From: Hyphomicrobiales bacterium
GTDB lineage: Bacteria > Pseudomonadota > Alphaproteobacteria > Rhizobiales > TMED25
NCBI GenBank assembly: GCA_029245795.1
Contig: JAQWOP010000009.1
Coordinates: 11,725-75,724, forward strand
Length of the DNA: 64,000 nt
Reading direction: 5' to 3'
This document shows, in pieces, positions 19,722 to 32,119 of this stretch. Position numbers and translations under genes: made by a program. The notes under the pieces were generated by a model, which saw only the letters and a program-made list of their open reading frames with translations, made no database searches and had not been told where the DNA came from. The stretch's first letter is position 1; each line of letters starts with the position of its first letter.

Positions 19722-20252
19722 ATGACGCATAATTGGTACATAGTCCATGCATATTCAAACTTTGAAAAACAAGTTGCAAACTCCATTAAAGAGCAGGCTG
19801 TCTTGCGGGGAATGGAAGATTATTTTAGTGAAATATTAGTCCCAACCGAAGATGTTGTTCAGGTCCGTAAGGGACGTAAAGTCCAATCTGAAAGAAAATT
19901 TTTTCCAGGTTATGTTATTGTTAAGATGGAAATGACAGATGATTCATATCATTTAGTTAAAAAAACAAATAAGGTGTCAGGTTTTCTTGGCTCTCAAAGT
20001 AGACCTATACCAATTTCCCCTGAGGAAGTTGAACGTATCATGACACAAGTAGAAGAGGGCGTGGATGGTGTTGTATCGTCAATCTCATTTGAAATTGGAG
20101 AGCAGGTCAGGGTTGCAGAAGGCCCATTTGCTTCTTTTAGCGGTATGGTTGAAGAGGTTGATGTAGAAAGATCAAGATTAAAAGTTGCTGTGTCAATTTT
20201 TGGTCGTCCAACTCCGGTTGAATTAGAATATAATCAGGTTGAAAAATTATAA
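19722..20252 (+). CDS. nusG: transcription termination/antitermination factor NusG
   Basis: The WYIVHAYSNFEKQV N-terminus and the KOW region EQVRVAEGPFASFSGMVEEV. Confidence 0.95.
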   Translation: MTHNWYIVHAYSNFEKQVANSIKEQAVLRGMEDYFSEILVPTEDVVQVRKGRKVQSERKFFPGYVIVKMEMTDDSYHLVKKTNKVSGFLGSQSRPIPISPEEVERIMTQVEEGVDGVVSSISFEIGEQVRVAEGPFASFSGMVEEVDVERSRLKVAVSIFGRPTPVELEYNQVEKL

Positions 20253-20313
20253 TAAATTGATTTTACCATTTATTTATGTAATGTGTAATTTTATTGAAAT
20301 ATAGGAATGTGAA

Positions 20314-20742
20314 ATGGCAAAGAAAATTAGTGGTTATTTGAAGCTTCAGGTCCCGGCAGGAAAAGCCGCTCCGGCTCCACCAATTGGACCAGCTCTTGGT
20401 CAAAGGGGTTTGAATATTATGGAATTTTGCAAAGCATTTAATGCTGCAACACAAGATTTTGAGCCTGAAATGCCAATACCAACACTGATAACAATATACG
20501 CAGATAAGTCATTTTCTTTTACTACTAAGACTCCTCCAGCATCATTCCTGCTCAGAAAAGCAGCAAATTTGACAAAAGGGAGTTCGGCCCCTGGAAGAGA
20601 TGTCGCTGGTCAAGTGACAAAGCAGCAAATTATACAGATTGCGGAACAAAAAATGAAGGATTTAAATGCAATTACGATAGAGCAAGCCTCAAAAATTATA
20701 GAAGGTTCAGCTCGTTCAATGGGCTTGGAAGTTAAGGATTAA
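20314..20742 (+). CDS. rplK: 50S ribosomal protein L11
   Basis: [34 protein letters not shown] matches L11. Confidence 0.97.
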   Translation: MAKKISGYLKLQVPAGKAAPAPPIGPALGQRGLNIMEFCKAFNAATQDFEPEMPIPTLITIYADKSFSFTTKTPPASFLLRKAANLTKGSSAPGRDVAGQVTKQQIIQIAEQKMKDLNAITIEQASKIIEGSARSMGLEVKD

Positions 20743-20751
20743 GGAAAGATT

Positions 20752-21447
20752 ATGGTTAAGACAGGAAAAAGATATAAAGAAATTTCAGCGGCATTTGATG
20801 TACTCAAAACCCATGAAATTGACGAAGCAATTAAACTAGTTAAAAATAATGCAAAAGCAAAATTTAATGAGACCATTGAAATAGCTTTTAACCTAGGGGT
20901 GGATCCTAAACAGGCAGATCAAAATGTTAGGGGTGTAGTAAATTTACCTGAAGGAACTGGAAAAGAAGTAAGGGTAGCAGTATTTGCTAGGGATGCTAAA
21001 GCAAAAGAAGCTAAGGATGCTGGGGCAGATATAGTTGGAGATGATGATCTCGCTGAAACAGTGAAGTCAGGGAAATTAGATTTTGATAGAGTTATATCAA
21101 CTCCTGATATGATGGCTGTTGTTGGACAACTGGGAAAAATATTAGGGCCAAGAGGTTTGATGCCAAACCCAAAACTGGGTACCGTAACAGATGATATTGA
21201 GACTGCAGTGAAAAATATAAAAGGTGGTTCAGTTGAATATAGAGTTGAAAAGGCTGGAATTGTTCATGCAGGAATTGGAAAAGCAGATTTTTCTGAAGAG
21301 GCAATTAAGACTAATATTAAAGCAATATGGGATGCTATTTTAGCTTCCAAGCCTTCTGGAGCGAAAGGTGCTTATATAAAAGGGGTAACACTTACATCAA
21401 CAATGGGAACAGGGGTAAAAGTTAACCCTGATTCTGTTGTTAATTAA
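20752..21447 (+). CDS. rplA: 50S ribosomal protein L1
   Basis: Conserved L1 sequence, positioned after rplK. Confidence 0.97.
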   Translation: MVKTGKRYKEISAAFDVLKTHEIDEAIKLVKNNAKAKFNETIEIAFNLGVDPKQADQNVRGVVNLPEGTGKEVRVAVFARDAKAKEAKDAGADIVGDDDLAETVKSGKLDFDRVISTPDMMAVVGQLGKILGPRGLMPNPKLGTVTDDIETAVKNIKGGSVEYRVEKAGIVHAGIGKADFSEEAIKTNIKAIWDAILASKPSGAKGAYIKGVTLTSTMGTGVKVNPDSVVN

Positions 21448-21519
21448 CTAAAAGAAGAAATTAAATAATTAGACTTTACATTTAAGTTTAAAAAGCATAA
21501 ATATATCATACTTATGCTT

Positions 21520-21675
21520 GACCTGTCCAAGATTATAGGTGCGAAAGCTTAATTTCCTATATGAGACATTCGGGTTAATTCAAATTTTTTTTGAATTCCG
21601 ACGCAGTTAGTAAAATTACTAAGGGCAGGTAACATTAGAGTCTAACTCAAATGTAAACTGTAGAAGGAGAGAGCT
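21520..21675 (+). promoter_or_regulatory. candidate rplJ (L10) leader, a structured 5' UTR
   Basis: The 228-nt gap before rplJ is unusually long for this window. It contains several local hairpins, e.g. TATAGG/CCTATA, AATTCAAA/TTTGAATT and TTAGTA/TACTAA. An L10-L12 autoregulatory leader is known at this position in other bacteria. Confidence 0.4.
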
Positions 21676-22194
21676 GTGGATAGACTAGAAAAACAAAATT
21701 TTGTATCGAACTTAAAAGATGTATTTAATAATTCATCAGTAGTAGTGGTGGCGCAAAATGCTGGTCTTACCGTTTCAGCAATGAACGATCTACGGGGTGC
21801 CATGCGAGAAGCAGGTGGACAAGTTAAGGTTGTCAAAAATAGATTGACTAAAATAGCCTTAGAGGGAACACCTTTAGCTGGTATTGAAGAGTTTTTAAGT
21901 GGCCCTTCTATGATTGCATATTCAGATGATCCTGTTACTGCACCAAAGATAGCTATGAAGTTTGCAAAAGATAATGAAAACTTTATAGTATTAGGCGGAG
22001 CTCTCCCTGATAAGAAGATCGACCTAGGGGAAGTAAAACATCTCGCAAGCTTACCATCATTGGATGAATTAAGATCTAAAATTCTTGGATTAATTAAAAC
22101 TCCTGCTGGTAATATAGCTAGTCTGATAAATACCCCTGGTACCAATATAGCCCAAGTTGTAAAAGCTTATTCGGAAAATAGTAAAGCAGCTTAA
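21676..22194 (+). CDS. rplJ: 50S ribosomal protein L10
   Basis: GTG start preceded by AGGAGAGAG. The sequence and its position before rplL support the call. Confidence 0.95.
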   Translation: MDRLEKQNFVSNLKDVFNNSSVVVVAQNAGLTVSAMNDLRGAMREAGGQVKVVKNRLTKIALEGTPLAGIEEFLSGPSMIAYSDDPVTAPKIAMKFAKDNENFIVLGGALPDKKIDLGEVKHLASLPSLDELRSKILGLIKTPAGNIASLINTPGTNIAQVVKAYSENSKAA

Positions 22195-22229
22195 TTTTTA
22201 TTAACTAAATAAATTCAAGGACGAAAAAA

Positions 22230-22610
22230 ATGGCAGACTTAGATAAAATTGCGGAGAGTTTATCAAATTTAACAATACTAGAGGCTTCAGAATTAACAAA
22301 AATTCTAGAAGAAAAATGGGGTGTTTCAGCAGCAGCACAAGTTGCAGTCGCCGCAGCGCCATCGGGTGATGCGGGTGGTGCAGAAGCCGCTGAGGAAAAA
22401 ACTGAGTTTGATGTTATCCTATCAAGTATGGGAGATCAAAAAATTAACGTAATTAAAGAAGTTAGAGCAATTACTGGATTGGGCCTAAAAGAGGCAAAGG
22501 ATCTTGTTGAAGCAGCTCCAAAACAAGTCAAAGAAGGCGTATCTAAAGATGAAGCAGAAAAAATCAAAGCTCAATTGGAAGGAGCAGGTGCCACCGCTGA
22601 AGTTAAATAG
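22230..22610 (+). CDS. rplL: 50S ribosomal protein L7/L12
   Basis: Ala-rich hinge and the C-terminal domain [24 protein letters not shown]. Confidence 0.97.
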   Translation: MADLDKIAESLSNLTILEASELTKILEEKWGVSAAAQVAVAAAPSGDAGGAEAAEEKTEFDVILSSMGDQKINVIKEVRAITGLGLKEAKDLVEAAPKQVKEGVSKDEAEKIKAQLEGAGATAEVK

Positions 22611-22677
22611 TAGATAAATTCAAAGCTCATAGCTATAAAATCAACAACTACTTTTAACTTTTGAACGGGAACACAGA

Positions 22678-25600
22678 ATGTCTGAAACTCTTATTGGACG
22701 AAAAAGAATAAGAAAATCATTTGGTAAAATTCGCGAAGTTGCGGAGATGCCTAATCTAATTGAAGTGCAAAAATCATCTTATGATTATTTTCTTCAAGCA
22801 CAAGAGCCACTTGGAGGCAGAGATAATACTGGTTTGCAATCAGTGTTTACATCTGTATTCCCAATAAAAGACTTCAATGAGTCTTCTATATTAGAATTCG
22901 TTCGGTATGATTTTGATTTACCGAAATATGATGTAGATGAATGTCAACAAAGAGGTTTGACATATGCAGCTCCTTTAAGGGGAACGTTAAGGCTTATCGT
23001 TTTTGATATTGATGAAGAAACTGAAGCAAAGTCAATAAAAGATATCAAAGAGCAGGAAGTTTATTTAGGTGACATTCCGTTAATGACAGATAACGGTACT
23101 TTTATATTTAATGGTACTGAAAGAGTTGTGGTTAGTCAAATGCATAGGAGCCCAGGCGTTTTTTTTGATCATGACAAAGGCAAATCACATTCCAGTGGAA
23201 AGATATTATATGCTGCAAGGATTATTCCTTATAGAGGTTCATGGCTTGATTTTGAATTTGATGCAAAAGATTTGGTTTATGCTCGTATAGATAGAAAAAG
23301 AAAAATTCCTGTTTCTACTATCCTATTTGCACTTGGATATGAATCTGAGGAAATTCTATCTCATTTTTATGATACCTATACAATAGCAAAAAAGAAAACG
23401 GGCTGGGTTTGTGATTTTAAGGAAGGACAATTCAAAGGCATCAAGTTGACTTCAGATCTTATAAATGCAGATACTGGTGAAGTTGCAATAGTTTCGGGTA
23501 CAAAAGTTACTCCTCGTTTAATTAAAAAAGTAAAAGAAGCTGGTTTAAACAAAATATTATATTCCGAAGAGAGTATAATGGGTCTATTTGTTGCTGAGGA
23601 TATTGTTAATATGAAAACTGGAATCATCTATGCAGAAGCAGGTGATGAGATTTCAGCAACCTTACTAGCCGTTTTAGAAGAAAATAAGATATCAAAACTT
23701 CCGATTCTTGATATTGACCATATAAATACTGGTGCATTTATTCGAGACACGTTGAAAGTAGATAAAAATGAGAATAAATATCAGGCATTATTAGATATTT
23801 ATAGATTAATGAGGCCCGGCGAACCACCAACAGAGGAAACAGCTCAAGGACTTTTTGATAGTCTTTTCTTTGATACAGATAGATATGATCTTTCAGCAGT
23901 TGGTAGGGTAAAGTTAAATATGAGATTAGATCTAGATGCACCTGACGATCACTGTGTATTGAGGAAAGAAGATATTTTAGCTGTTGTAAAACACCTTGTT
24001 GAATTAAGAGATGGAAAAGGCGAGGTTGATGACATAGATCATCTTGGAAATAGAAGAGTAAGATCAGTAGGGGAGTTAGTGGAAAACCAATATCGAATTG
24101 GCTTGCTAAGAATGGAGAGAGCAATCCGCGAGAGATTGAGTTCAGTAGACATTGATACTGTTATGCCAAATGATTTAATTAATGCAAAACCAATAACGGC
24201 TGCACTCAGAGAATTTTTTGGATCATCTCAATTGTCTCAATTTATGGATCAGACAAATCCTCTTTCCTTAATTACTCATATTAGACGTGTATCAGCTCTT
24301 GGGCCTGGTGGTTTAACGCGTGAACGAGCTGGTTTTGAGGTTAGGGACGTGCATCCTACCCATTATGGTAGAATATGTCCGATTGAAACTCCTGAAGGTC
24401 CTAATATTGGGTTAATCAACTCACTAGCAACATTTGCAAGAGTGAATAAATATGGATTTATTGAAAGTCCTTGCAGAAAAGTTGTAGATAATAAAGTAAC
24501 AGATGAAGTTATTTACTTATCAGCAATTGAAGAATCCAAATATAATATAGCCCAAGCAAATGCCGCACTAGATCAAAAGGCAAAGTTTACTGAAGATTTA
24601 ATAAATTGCAGAGTTGCTGGAGATGTTCAATTAGTTCCAGCAGATAAAGTAGATTTTATGGATGTGTCACCAAAACAACTTGTATCAGCTGCGGCTGCAT
24701 TAATTCCATTTTTAGAAAATGATGATGCCAATAGAGCTCTTATGGGATCAAATATGCAGCGACAAGCTGTCCCTCTCATGAAAACGGAGGCTCCTTTTGT
24801 TGGAACTGGTATGGAGGCTGTTGTTGCGAGAGACTCAGGTGCAGCTGTTACGGCCAGAAGAACAGGAATTGTTGATCAGGTTGACTCGAATCGTATAGTT
24901 GTAAGAGCAACAGATGAGAAAGATGCTTCAAAGTCGGCTGTGGATATTTATAATCTAGCTAAGTTTCAAAGATCAAATCAAAATACTTGTATTAATCAAA
25001 GGCCACTTGTAAAAATGGGTGAGTCTGTTATTGCGGGGGATATAATTGCTGATGGGCCATCAACAGATTTGGGTGATCTAGCGCTTGGCAAGAATGTTCT
25101 CGTAGCATACATGCCTTGGAATGGTTACAATTACGAGGACTCAATTTTGATATCAGAAAGGATTGTAAGAGAAGATACGTTTACTTCTATTCACCTTGAA
25201 GAATTCGAAGTTATGGCAAGAGATACTAAACTTGGACCTGAAGATATTACAAGAGATATTCCAAATGTTGGGGAAGAGGCTCTAAAAAATCTAGACGAAG
25301 CTGGGATTGTGTACATCGGTGCTGAGGTAAAGTCAGGGGATATACTTGTTGGTAAAATAACTCCAAAAGGTGAAAGTCCTATGACGCCTGAGGAAAAACT
25401 TTTAAGAGCAATATTCGGTGAAAAAGCCACAGATGTTCGTGATACTTCACTTAAATTACCACCTGGTGTAACGGGTACGGTTGTCGAAGTAAGGGTGTTT
25501 AATAGACATGGTATTGAAAAAGATGAAAGAGCTCTTGCAATCGAAAGAGATGAAATAGTCAGGTTATCTAAAGATAGAGATGATGAGTTTGATATTCTTG

Positions 25601-26811
25601 ATAGGAATGTTATGGCCAAACTTCGGGGAACCCTTATTGGCTGCGAAATAGCTAAACTATCCAATGGTATGAAAAAGGGTGCTAAAATAACTCCTGATAA
25701 TATTGATAGTACCAATAAGAAAGATTGGTGGAATTTTGTACTGACAAGTGATCAAAAAATGGCAGAGATAGAGGCAATGAAATCTCAATACGATGCGTCA
25801 AAAGAAATTATAGAGGCCCGTTTTATTGATAAAGTTGATAAGCTACAACGAGGCGATGATATGCTTCCTGGAGTAATGAAAATGATTAAAGTTTTTGTTG
25901 CTGTTAAAAGAAAACTTCAGCCTGGAGATAAGATGGCTGGAAGGCATGGAAATAAGGGGGTTGTGTCAAGAATTATGCCCCAAGAAGATATGCCATATCT
26001 TGAAGATGGAACTCCAGTTGATGTTGTGTTAAATCCTCTAGGTGTTCCAAGTAGAATGAATGTTGGTCAAATCTTAGAAACTCATCTTGGATGGGCTTGC
26101 CGGGGTTTAGGAAAACTTATTGGTGATTCAATTGATCTCATAAAAGATAATGATAAAGATGATAAAGATTTAAGAGAAACACTTCAAGATATATATGGAA
26201 AAAATGATACCTTGGATTCTATGAGCAAAGAAAATCTTATCGAACTTGCTTCAAATTCAAGAAAAGGTGTTGCAATAGCGACCCCAGTTTTTGATGGTGC
26301 GAAGGAGTCTGATATAAATGAATTGCTTGAGAAGGCAGGTCTGGATAAATCGGGGCAAGTTCAACTCTATGACGGAAGAACGGGAGAAGCTTTCGATAGA
26401 AAAGTAACTGTTGGATATAAATATATTTTAAAATTACATCATCTTGTGGATGATAAAATTCATGCAAGATCAATTGGTCCTTATAGCCTTGTTACACAGC
26501 AACCACTTGGCGGTAAAGCACAATTTGGTGGACAAAGATTCGGTGAGATGGAGGTGTGGGCATTAGAAGCTTATGGAGCCGCATATACATTGCAGGAAAT
26601 GTTAACGGTGAAGTCTGATGATGTTGCAGGTAGAACCAAGGTATATGAGGCAATTGTTAGGGGCGATGATGCATTCGAGGCTGGCATTCCAGAATCTTTC
26701 AATGTTTTGATTAAAGAGATTAGATCACTCGGCCTTAATATTGAGCTCAAGTCATCTGATAGAGTCGCTGATACTAGTGCTAGCACATTAACCGATATGA
26801 GTAGTGAATAA
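22678..26811 (+). CDS. rpoB: DNA-directed RNA polymerase subunit beta
   Basis: 1377 aa with unambiguous RpoB motifs (e.g. [15 protein letters not shown]). Confidence 0.98.
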   Translation: MSETLIGRKRIRKSFGKIREVAEMPNLIEVQKSSYDYFLQAQEPLGGRDNTGLQSVFTSVFPIKDFNESSILEFVRYDFDLPKYDVDECQQRGLTYAAPLRGTLRLIVFDIDEETEAKSIKDIKEQEVYLGDIPLMTDNGTFIFNGTERVVVSQMHRSPGVFFDHDKGKSHSSGKILYAARIIPYRGSWLDFEFDAKDLVYARIDRKRKIPVSTILFALGYESEEILSHFYDTYTIAKKKTGWVCDFKEGQFKGIKLTSDLINADTGEVAIVSGTKVTPRLIKKVKEAGLNKILYSEESIMGLFVAEDIVNMKTGIIYAEAGDEISATLLAVLEENKISKLPILDIDHINTGAFIRDTLKVDKNENKYQALLDIYRLMRPGEPPTEETAQGLFDSLFFDTDRYDLSAVGRVKLNMRLDLDAPDDHCVLRKEDILAVVKHLVELRDGKGEVDDIDHLGNRRVRSVGELVENQYRIGLLRMERAIRERLSSVDIDTVMPNDLINAKPITAALREFFGSSQLSQFMDQTNPLSLITHIRRVSALGPGGLTRERAGFEVRDVHPTHYGRICPIETPEGPNIGLINSLATFARVNKYGFIESPCRKVVDNKVTDEVIYLSAIEESKYNIAQANAALDQKAKFTEDLINCRVAGDVQLVPADKVDFMDVSPKQLVSAAAALIPFLENDDANRALMGSNMQRQAVPLMKTEAPFVGTGMEAVVARDSGAAVTARRTGIVDQVDSNRIVVRATDEKDASKSAVDIYNLAKFQRSNQNTCINQRPLVKMGESVIAGDIIADGPSTDLGDLALGKNVLVAYMPWNGYNYEDSILISERIVREDTFTSIHLEEFEVMARDTKLGPEDITRDIPNVGEEALKNLDEAGIVYIGAEVKSGDILVGKITPKGESPMTPEEKLLRAIFGEKATDVRDTSLKLPPGVTGTVVEVRVFNRHGIEKDERALAIERDEIVRLSKDRDDEFDILDRNVMAKLRGTLIGCEIAKLSNGMKKGAKITPDNIDSTNKKDWWNFVLTSDQKMAEIEAMKSQYDASKEIIEARFIDKVDKLQRGDDMLPGVMKMIKVFVAVKRKLQPGDKMAGRHGNKGVVSRIMPQEDMPYLEDGTPVDVVLNPLGVPSRMNVGQILETHLGWACRGLGKLIGDSIDLIKDNDKDDKDLRETLQDIYGKNDTLDSMSKENLIELASNSRKGVAIATPVFDGAKESDINELLEKAGLDKSGQVQLYDGRTGEAFDRKVTVGYKYILKLHHLVDDKIHARSIGPYSLVTQQPLGGKAQFGGQRFGEMEVWALEAYGAAYTLQEMLTVKSDDVAGRTKVYEAIVRGDDAFEAGIPESFNVLIKEIRSLGLNIELKSSDRVADTSASTLTDMSSE

Positions 26812-26823
26812 TAGGAAATTGAT

Positions 26824-29800
26824 ATGAACCAAGACTTAACAAATGTATTTAACCCAAATTTTTCTCAAGCACAAATCTTTGACTCAATTAAAATAACTAT
26901 TGCGTCACCGGAAAAGATTTCTTCATGGTCTTTTGGTGAAATTAAAAAACCAGAAACTATAAATTATAGAACATTTAAACCTGAAAGAGACGGTTTGTTC
27001 TGCTCAAGAATATTTGGTCCAATTAAAGATTATGAGTGTCTATGCGGAAAATATAAACGCATGAAATATAGGGGGGTTATTTGTGAAAAATGTGGAGTTG
27101 AAGTAACCCTATCCAAAGTAAGACGTGATAGGATGGGCCATATAGAATTGGCTGCTCCAGTTGCCCATATTTGGTTCCTTAAATCATTGCCATCAAGAAT
27201 TGGTCTTCTCTTAGATATGAAGTTAAAAGACTTAGAGAGAGTTTTGTACTTTGAAAACTTTATTGTTATTGAGCCAGGACTTTCACCTTTAAAAGAACTT
27301 CAATTATTAACTGAAGAAGAATTACTGCAATACAAAGATGAATATGGAGATGATGCATTCACGGTTGGAATTGGTGCGGAAGCAATCCGTGACTTGCTAA
27401 CTAATATAGATTTAGAAACGCTCGCAGAAAGTCTTAGGGTTGAGATAGATGAATCTACATCAGAATTAAAGCCAATTAAGCTTGCAAAAAGATTGAAAGT
27501 TGTTGAGGCATTTATAAATTCAGGTAATAAACCGGAATGGATGATTATGACAATTGTGCCTGTTATTCCGCCCGAGTTAAGGCCTCTGGTACCTCTCGAT
27601 GGGGGTAGATTTGCGACATCTGATTTGAACGATTTGTATAGAAGAGTTATAAATAGGAATAATCGTTTGAAGCGTTTAATTGAATTACGAGCTCCTGAAA
27701 TTATAATAAGGAATGAGAAGAGGATGTTACAGGAATCTGTTGATGCCTTATTCGATAATGGACGAAGAGGACGTATTATTACAGGAGCGAATAAAAGACC
27801 GTTAAAATCCTTAGCAGATATGCTAAAAGGGAAACAGGGTAGATTTAGACAAAATCTTCTTGGAAAAAGAGTAGATTATTCAGGTCGGTCAGTTATTGTT
27901 ACTGGTCCAACGCTTAAGCTGCATCAATGTGGTCTTCCAAAAAGGATGGCTCTTGAATTATTTAAACCATTTATATATTCAAAATTAGAGGCAAAAGGAC
28001 TTTCAACCACAGTTAAACAAGCAAAAAGGTTAGTTGAAAAAGAAAGACCGGAAGTCTGGGATATACTTGATGAGGTAATTAGAGAGCATCCAGTTTTATT
28101 AAATAGGGCTCCTACGCTACATAGGCTTGGAATACAAGCATTTGAACCAACCTTGGTTGAGGGTAAAGCTATACATCTCCATCCTCTAGTTTGCTCTGCT
28201 TTTAATGCAGATTTTGATGGAGATCAGATGGCGGTGCACGTACCGTTATCTCTGGAAGCTCAACTTGAGGCTCGTGTGCTTATGATGTCTACTAATAACA
28301 TTTTACATCCTGCAGATGGCTCACCAATTATTGTTCCAAGTCAGGATATGGTACTTGGATTGTATTATTTATCCTTGGTAAAAGAAAATGAACCTGGAGA
28401 AGGTATGATTTTTGGTAACATGAATGAAATACATTACGCAATACAAGCTGGGACAACAACTCTCCATGCTAAGATTAAGGGGCGCTTTATAACTAAAGAT
28501 GAAGAAGGTAATCTAATCAAAGAGTTACATGAAACAACTCCTGGGAGATTGTTGATGGGTGAGTTATTGCCACAATATCATAACATTAAATATTCTCTTT
28601 GTAATAAAGTAATGACTAAGAAAGATATCTCAAAAATGATAGATGAGGTTTATCGTCATTCAGGGCAAAAAGACACTGTTATTTTCTGTGATAAAATTAT
28701 GGCTTTAGGTTTTCATCATGGTTGTCGAGCTGGTATATCATTTGGAAAAGACGATATGATTATCCCAGACACAAAGATAAAACTTATAGATGAAACAAAT
28801 CTTCTAGTTAAAGAATATGAGAACCAATATAATGATGGTCTAATAACCCAAGGGGAAAAATATAATAAGGTTGTTGATGCTTGGGCAAAGTGTACAGATA
28901 AAGTTGCTGATGAGATGATGTCTAAAATACAAGTTATTGAGATCGATGATGTAACTAAAAAGCAAAAAGATCAAAATTCTATATATATGATGGCGCACTC
29001 AGGAGCGCGTGGTTCACCAGCACAAATGAAACAACTTGCTGGTATGCGCGGTTTGATGGCAAAGCCATCGGGTGAGATTATTGAAACCCCAATCACTTCA
29101 AATTTCAAAGAAGGTCTATCAGTTCTTGAATATTTTAATTCAACTCATGGAGCAAGAAAGGGACTCGCTGATACAGCACTTAAGACTGCAAATTCAGGGT
29201 ATTTAACAAGAAGGTTAGTTGATGTTGCTCAAGATTGTATAATTCTTGAGAGAGATTGTGGTACTAGTGAGGGTATAACCATTAGGACTGTGATGGATGG
29301 TGGAGAAGTTATTGTCCCTATCGGGCATAGATTGCTTGGACGCTATCTTGCAGAAGACATTCTTGATCCTATATCTGGAAAGGTAATATTCGATAAATCT
29401 GAAATGATAGACGAAGCACTTGCAAAGCAAATTGAAGAAAAAAATCTTGATGCTGCAAAAGTTCGATCAGTTTTGACTTGTAATTCAAAAATTGGGGCAT
29501 GCGGGAAATGTTATGGCCGTGACTTGGCAAGGGGTACACCTGTTAATGTTGGCGAAGCCGTGGGTGTTTTAGCTGCTCAATCTATAGGTGAACCAGGTAC
29601 ACAATTAACAATGAGAACTTTCCATATTGGTGGTACTGCTCAAGTTGTTGATCAATCTTTTATTGAAAGTTCGCACGATGGTAAAATATCCATACAAAAC
29701 CCATCTATGGCAACTGACTCTAATAATAAGATTGTTGTAACAGGAAGAAGTCTTATAGTTTCGATTCTTGATGAAAATAGTATTGAAAGATCACAAAATA

Positions 29801-31074
29801 AAGTGCCATATGGAGCGCAGTTATTTATTAAAGATGGCGAATCAATTAAACGAGGTCAAAGAATTGCATCATGGGATCCTTATACGAGACCTATTTTAGC
29901 TGACGTTGCTGGGAAAGTTGATTTTGGCGATCTTGTTGATGGGATCTCAATTGATGAAGTATTAGACGAATCAACCGGTATTTCTCAAAGAGTTGTTATT
30001 GATTGGAGGGGGTCCTCAAGAGGGAATGATCTTCAACCTTCAGTGACACTTAGTGCAATAAAACCAAAGTCAAAAAGCACCAAAGGAGAATCATCAGATA
30101 ATCGCAAATATTCACTTCCTGTGAAGGCAATTTTATCTGTTGAAAAGGATAACGAAGTCTCAGCTGGAGATGTTTTAGCAAGGGTGCCAACAGATAGTGC
30201 AAAAACAAAGGATATTACTGGAGGATTGCCTAGGGTTGCAGAGTTGTTCGAAGCTCGTAGACCTAAAGATCATGCTATTATAGCTGAAATAACTGGGATT
30301 GTTGAGTTTGGCACTGATTTCAAGAATAAAAGAAAAATTAGAATTATACCAACTGATGAAAACGATCAAATATCTGAGTACATGGTACCTAAAAATGTCC
30401 ATCTTGAAGTTCAGGATGGTGATAAAATTGAAAAAGGAGAATTTATCCTTGATGGCAATCCTGCTCCACATGATATTTTGGCAATCAAAGGTGTTGAAGA
30501 ACTCGCTTCCTACCTAACTACTGAGATTCAAGATGTTTATCGTCTTCAGGGTGTAACAATAAATGATAAGCATATTGAAGTTATTGTTAGTCAGATGTTG
30601 AAAAAAGTTGAAGTCCTAGACCCCGGTGACTCTAGTTTACTACATGGAGAACAACTAGATAAAATTGATGTTTTAGAGCTTAATGAGCAGCTTAAAGATT
30701 CTAGAAAAAAACTAATCGTTGCGCGCCCTATCCTTCTTGGGATTACTAAGGCAGCTCTTCAAACAAGAAGCTTTATCTCAGCTGCATCATTCCAGGAAAC
30801 AACTAGAGTGCTTACAGAGGCATCAATGAACGGTAAATCAGACTTATTACAAGGCTTGAAGGAAAACGTTATTGTTGGAAGATTAATTCCAGCTGGGACT
30901 GGTAGTGCAATAAGTAAGTTAAGGCAAGTTTCTGTGCACAGAGATCATCTTATTCTGCAAGAAAAAGAGAAAACGGAGCAGTTACTTCATGATTCATCAG
31001 AAGTGCTTTCTCCAGAAGTTGCAGAAGCCGGTGGTGATAATTTAGTCAGTGAAGATGTTCCTCTTGAAGAGTAA
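26824..31074 (+). CDS. rpoC: DNA-directed RNA polymerase subunit beta'
   Basis: 1416 aa. Zn motif CLCGKY...CEKCGVEV and catalytic [12 protein letters not shown]. Confidence 0.98.
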   Translation: MNQDLTNVFNPNFSQAQIFDSIKITIASPEKISSWSFGEIKKPETINYRTFKPERDGLFCSRIFGPIKDYECLCGKYKRMKYRGVICEKCGVEVTLSKVRRDRMGHIELAAPVAHIWFLKSLPSRIGLLLDMKLKDLERVLYFENFIVIEPGLSPLKELQLLTEEELLQYKDEYGDDAFTVGIGAEAIRDLLTNIDLETLAESLRVEIDESTSELKPIKLAKRLKVVEAFINSGNKPEWMIMTIVPVIPPELRPLVPLDGGRFATSDLNDLYRRVINRNNRLKRLIELRAPEIIIRNEKRMLQESVDALFDNGRRGRIITGANKRPLKSLADMLKGKQGRFRQNLLGKRVDYSGRSVIVTGPTLKLHQCGLPKRMALELFKPFIYSKLEAKGLSTTVKQAKRLVEKERPEVWDILDEVIREHPVLLNRAPTLHRLGIQAFEPTLVEGKAIHLHPLVCSAFNADFDGDQMAVHVPLSLEAQLEARVLMMSTNNILHPADGSPIIVPSQDMVLGLYYLSLVKENEPGEGMIFGNMNEIHYAIQAGTTTLHAKIKGRFITKDEEGNLIKELHETTPGRLLMGELLPQYHNIKYSLCNKVMTKKDISKMIDEVYRHSGQKDTVIFCDKIMALGFHHGCRAGISFGKDDMIIPDTKIKLIDETNLLVKEYENQYNDGLITQGEKYNKVVDAWAKCTDKVADEMMSKIQVIEIDDVTKKQKDQNSIYMMAHSGARGSPAQMKQLAGMRGLMAKPSGEIIETPITSNFKEGLSVLEYFNSTHGARKGLADTALKTANSGYLTRRLVDVAQDCIILERDCGTSEGITIRTVMDGGEVIVPIGHRLLGRYLAEDILDPISGKVIFDKSEMIDEALAKQIEEKNLDAAKVRSVLTCNSKIGACGKCYGRDLARGTPVNVGEAVGVLAAQSIGEPGTQLTMRTFHIGGTAQVVDQSFIESSHDGKISIQNPSMATDSNNKIVVTGRSLIVSILDENSIERSQNKVPYGAQLFIKDGESIKRGQRIASWDPYTRPILADVAGKVDFGDLVDGISIDEVLDESTGISQRVVIDWRGSSRGNDLQPSVTLSAIKPKSKSTKGESSDNRKYSLPVKAILSVEKDNEVSAGDVLARVPTDSAKTKDITGGLPRVAELFEARRPKDHAIIAEITGIVEFGTDFKNKRKIRIIPTDENDQISEYMVPKNVHLEVQDGDKIEKGEFILDGNPAPHDILAIKGVEELASYLTTEIQDVYRLQGVTINDKHIEVIVSQMLKKVEVLDPGDSSLLHGEQLDKIDVLELNEQLKDSRKKLIVARPILLGITKAALQTRSFISAASFQETTRVLTEASMNGKSDLLQGLKENVIVGRLIPAGTGSAISKLRQVSVHRDHLILQEKEKTEQLLHDSSEVLSPEVAEAGGDNLVSEDVPLEE

Positions 31075-31129
31075 TTAATTTAGAATTAATTTTTTATAAA
31101 AATTCTAAGTTTCTTATCAATAATAATAC

Positions 31130-31158
31130 TTGACGATTTGTTTTTGAGGAAGTATTGT
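31130..31158 (+). promoter_or_regulatory. candidate sigma70-type promoter of the rpsL-rpsG-fusA (str) operon
   Basis: TTGACG (31130-31135), a 17-nt spacer, then TATTGT (31153-31158), about 90 nt upstream of rpsL. Confidence 0.4.
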
Positions 31159-31249
31159 CCGATCATCTAGTTCAATAGGCTGTATGGTTACCTTAAACGC
31201 TATTGATAAAATAAAAAAAGAGATTTAAAAGATAAGGAATTTGGATTAT

Positions 31250-31621
31250 ATGCCTACTATTAATCAATTATTGCGAAAACCTAGAAAACCTCAGGTAAAA
31301 AGAAATAAGGTTCCTGCGATGGAAGCCTGTCCGCAAAAAAGAGGTGTTTGCACAAGAGTTTATACAACAACTCCAAAAAAACCGAATTCTGCACTCAGAA
31401 AAGTTGCAAGAGTTAGACTTTCAAATGGATTTGAAGTCACTAGTTATATTCCAGGAGAAGGACACAATCTCCAAGAACATTCAGTTGTTTTGATTAGGGG
31501 TGGCAGGGTCAAGGATTTACCTGGAGTCCGTTACCACGTAGTAAGAGGTGTGCTCGATACACAAGGTGTTCAGGATCGTAAGCAAAGACGATCTAAATAT
31601 GGTGCTAAGAAGCCTAAATAG
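31250..31621 (+). CDS. rpsL: 30S ribosomal protein S12
   Basis: [13 protein letters not shown] is the canonical S12 N-terminus. The track's TTG start at 31241 would add 3 non-canonical residues. Confidence 0.97.
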   Translation: MPTINQLLRKPRKPQVKRNKVPAMEACPQKRGVCTRVYTTTPKKPNSALRKVARVRLSNGFEVTSYIPGEGHNLQEHSVVLIRGGRVKDLPGVRYHVVRGVLDTQGVQDRKQRRSKYGAKKPK

Positions 31622-32101
<480 letters not shown>

Positions 32102-32119
32102 GGGTATAAAGGTTACAAG

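Noticed and set aside
21642-22145. 167-aa ORF antisense to rplJ. Similar long antisense ORFs are 38380..38940 opposite rpsC/rplP, 25191..25715 and 23738..24124 opposite rpoB, and 19415..19786 across tRNA-Trp/secE.
   Set aside because: Each lies entirely opposite a highly conserved, unambiguous gene. The translations are low-complexity and Ser/Leu/Ile-rich with no recognisable family. This is the typical shadow-ORF effect of codon bias.
31241-31249. TTG start that would add MDY to the S12 N-terminus.
   Set aside because: S12 proteins start at MPTINQL, and the ATG at 31250 gives exactly that.
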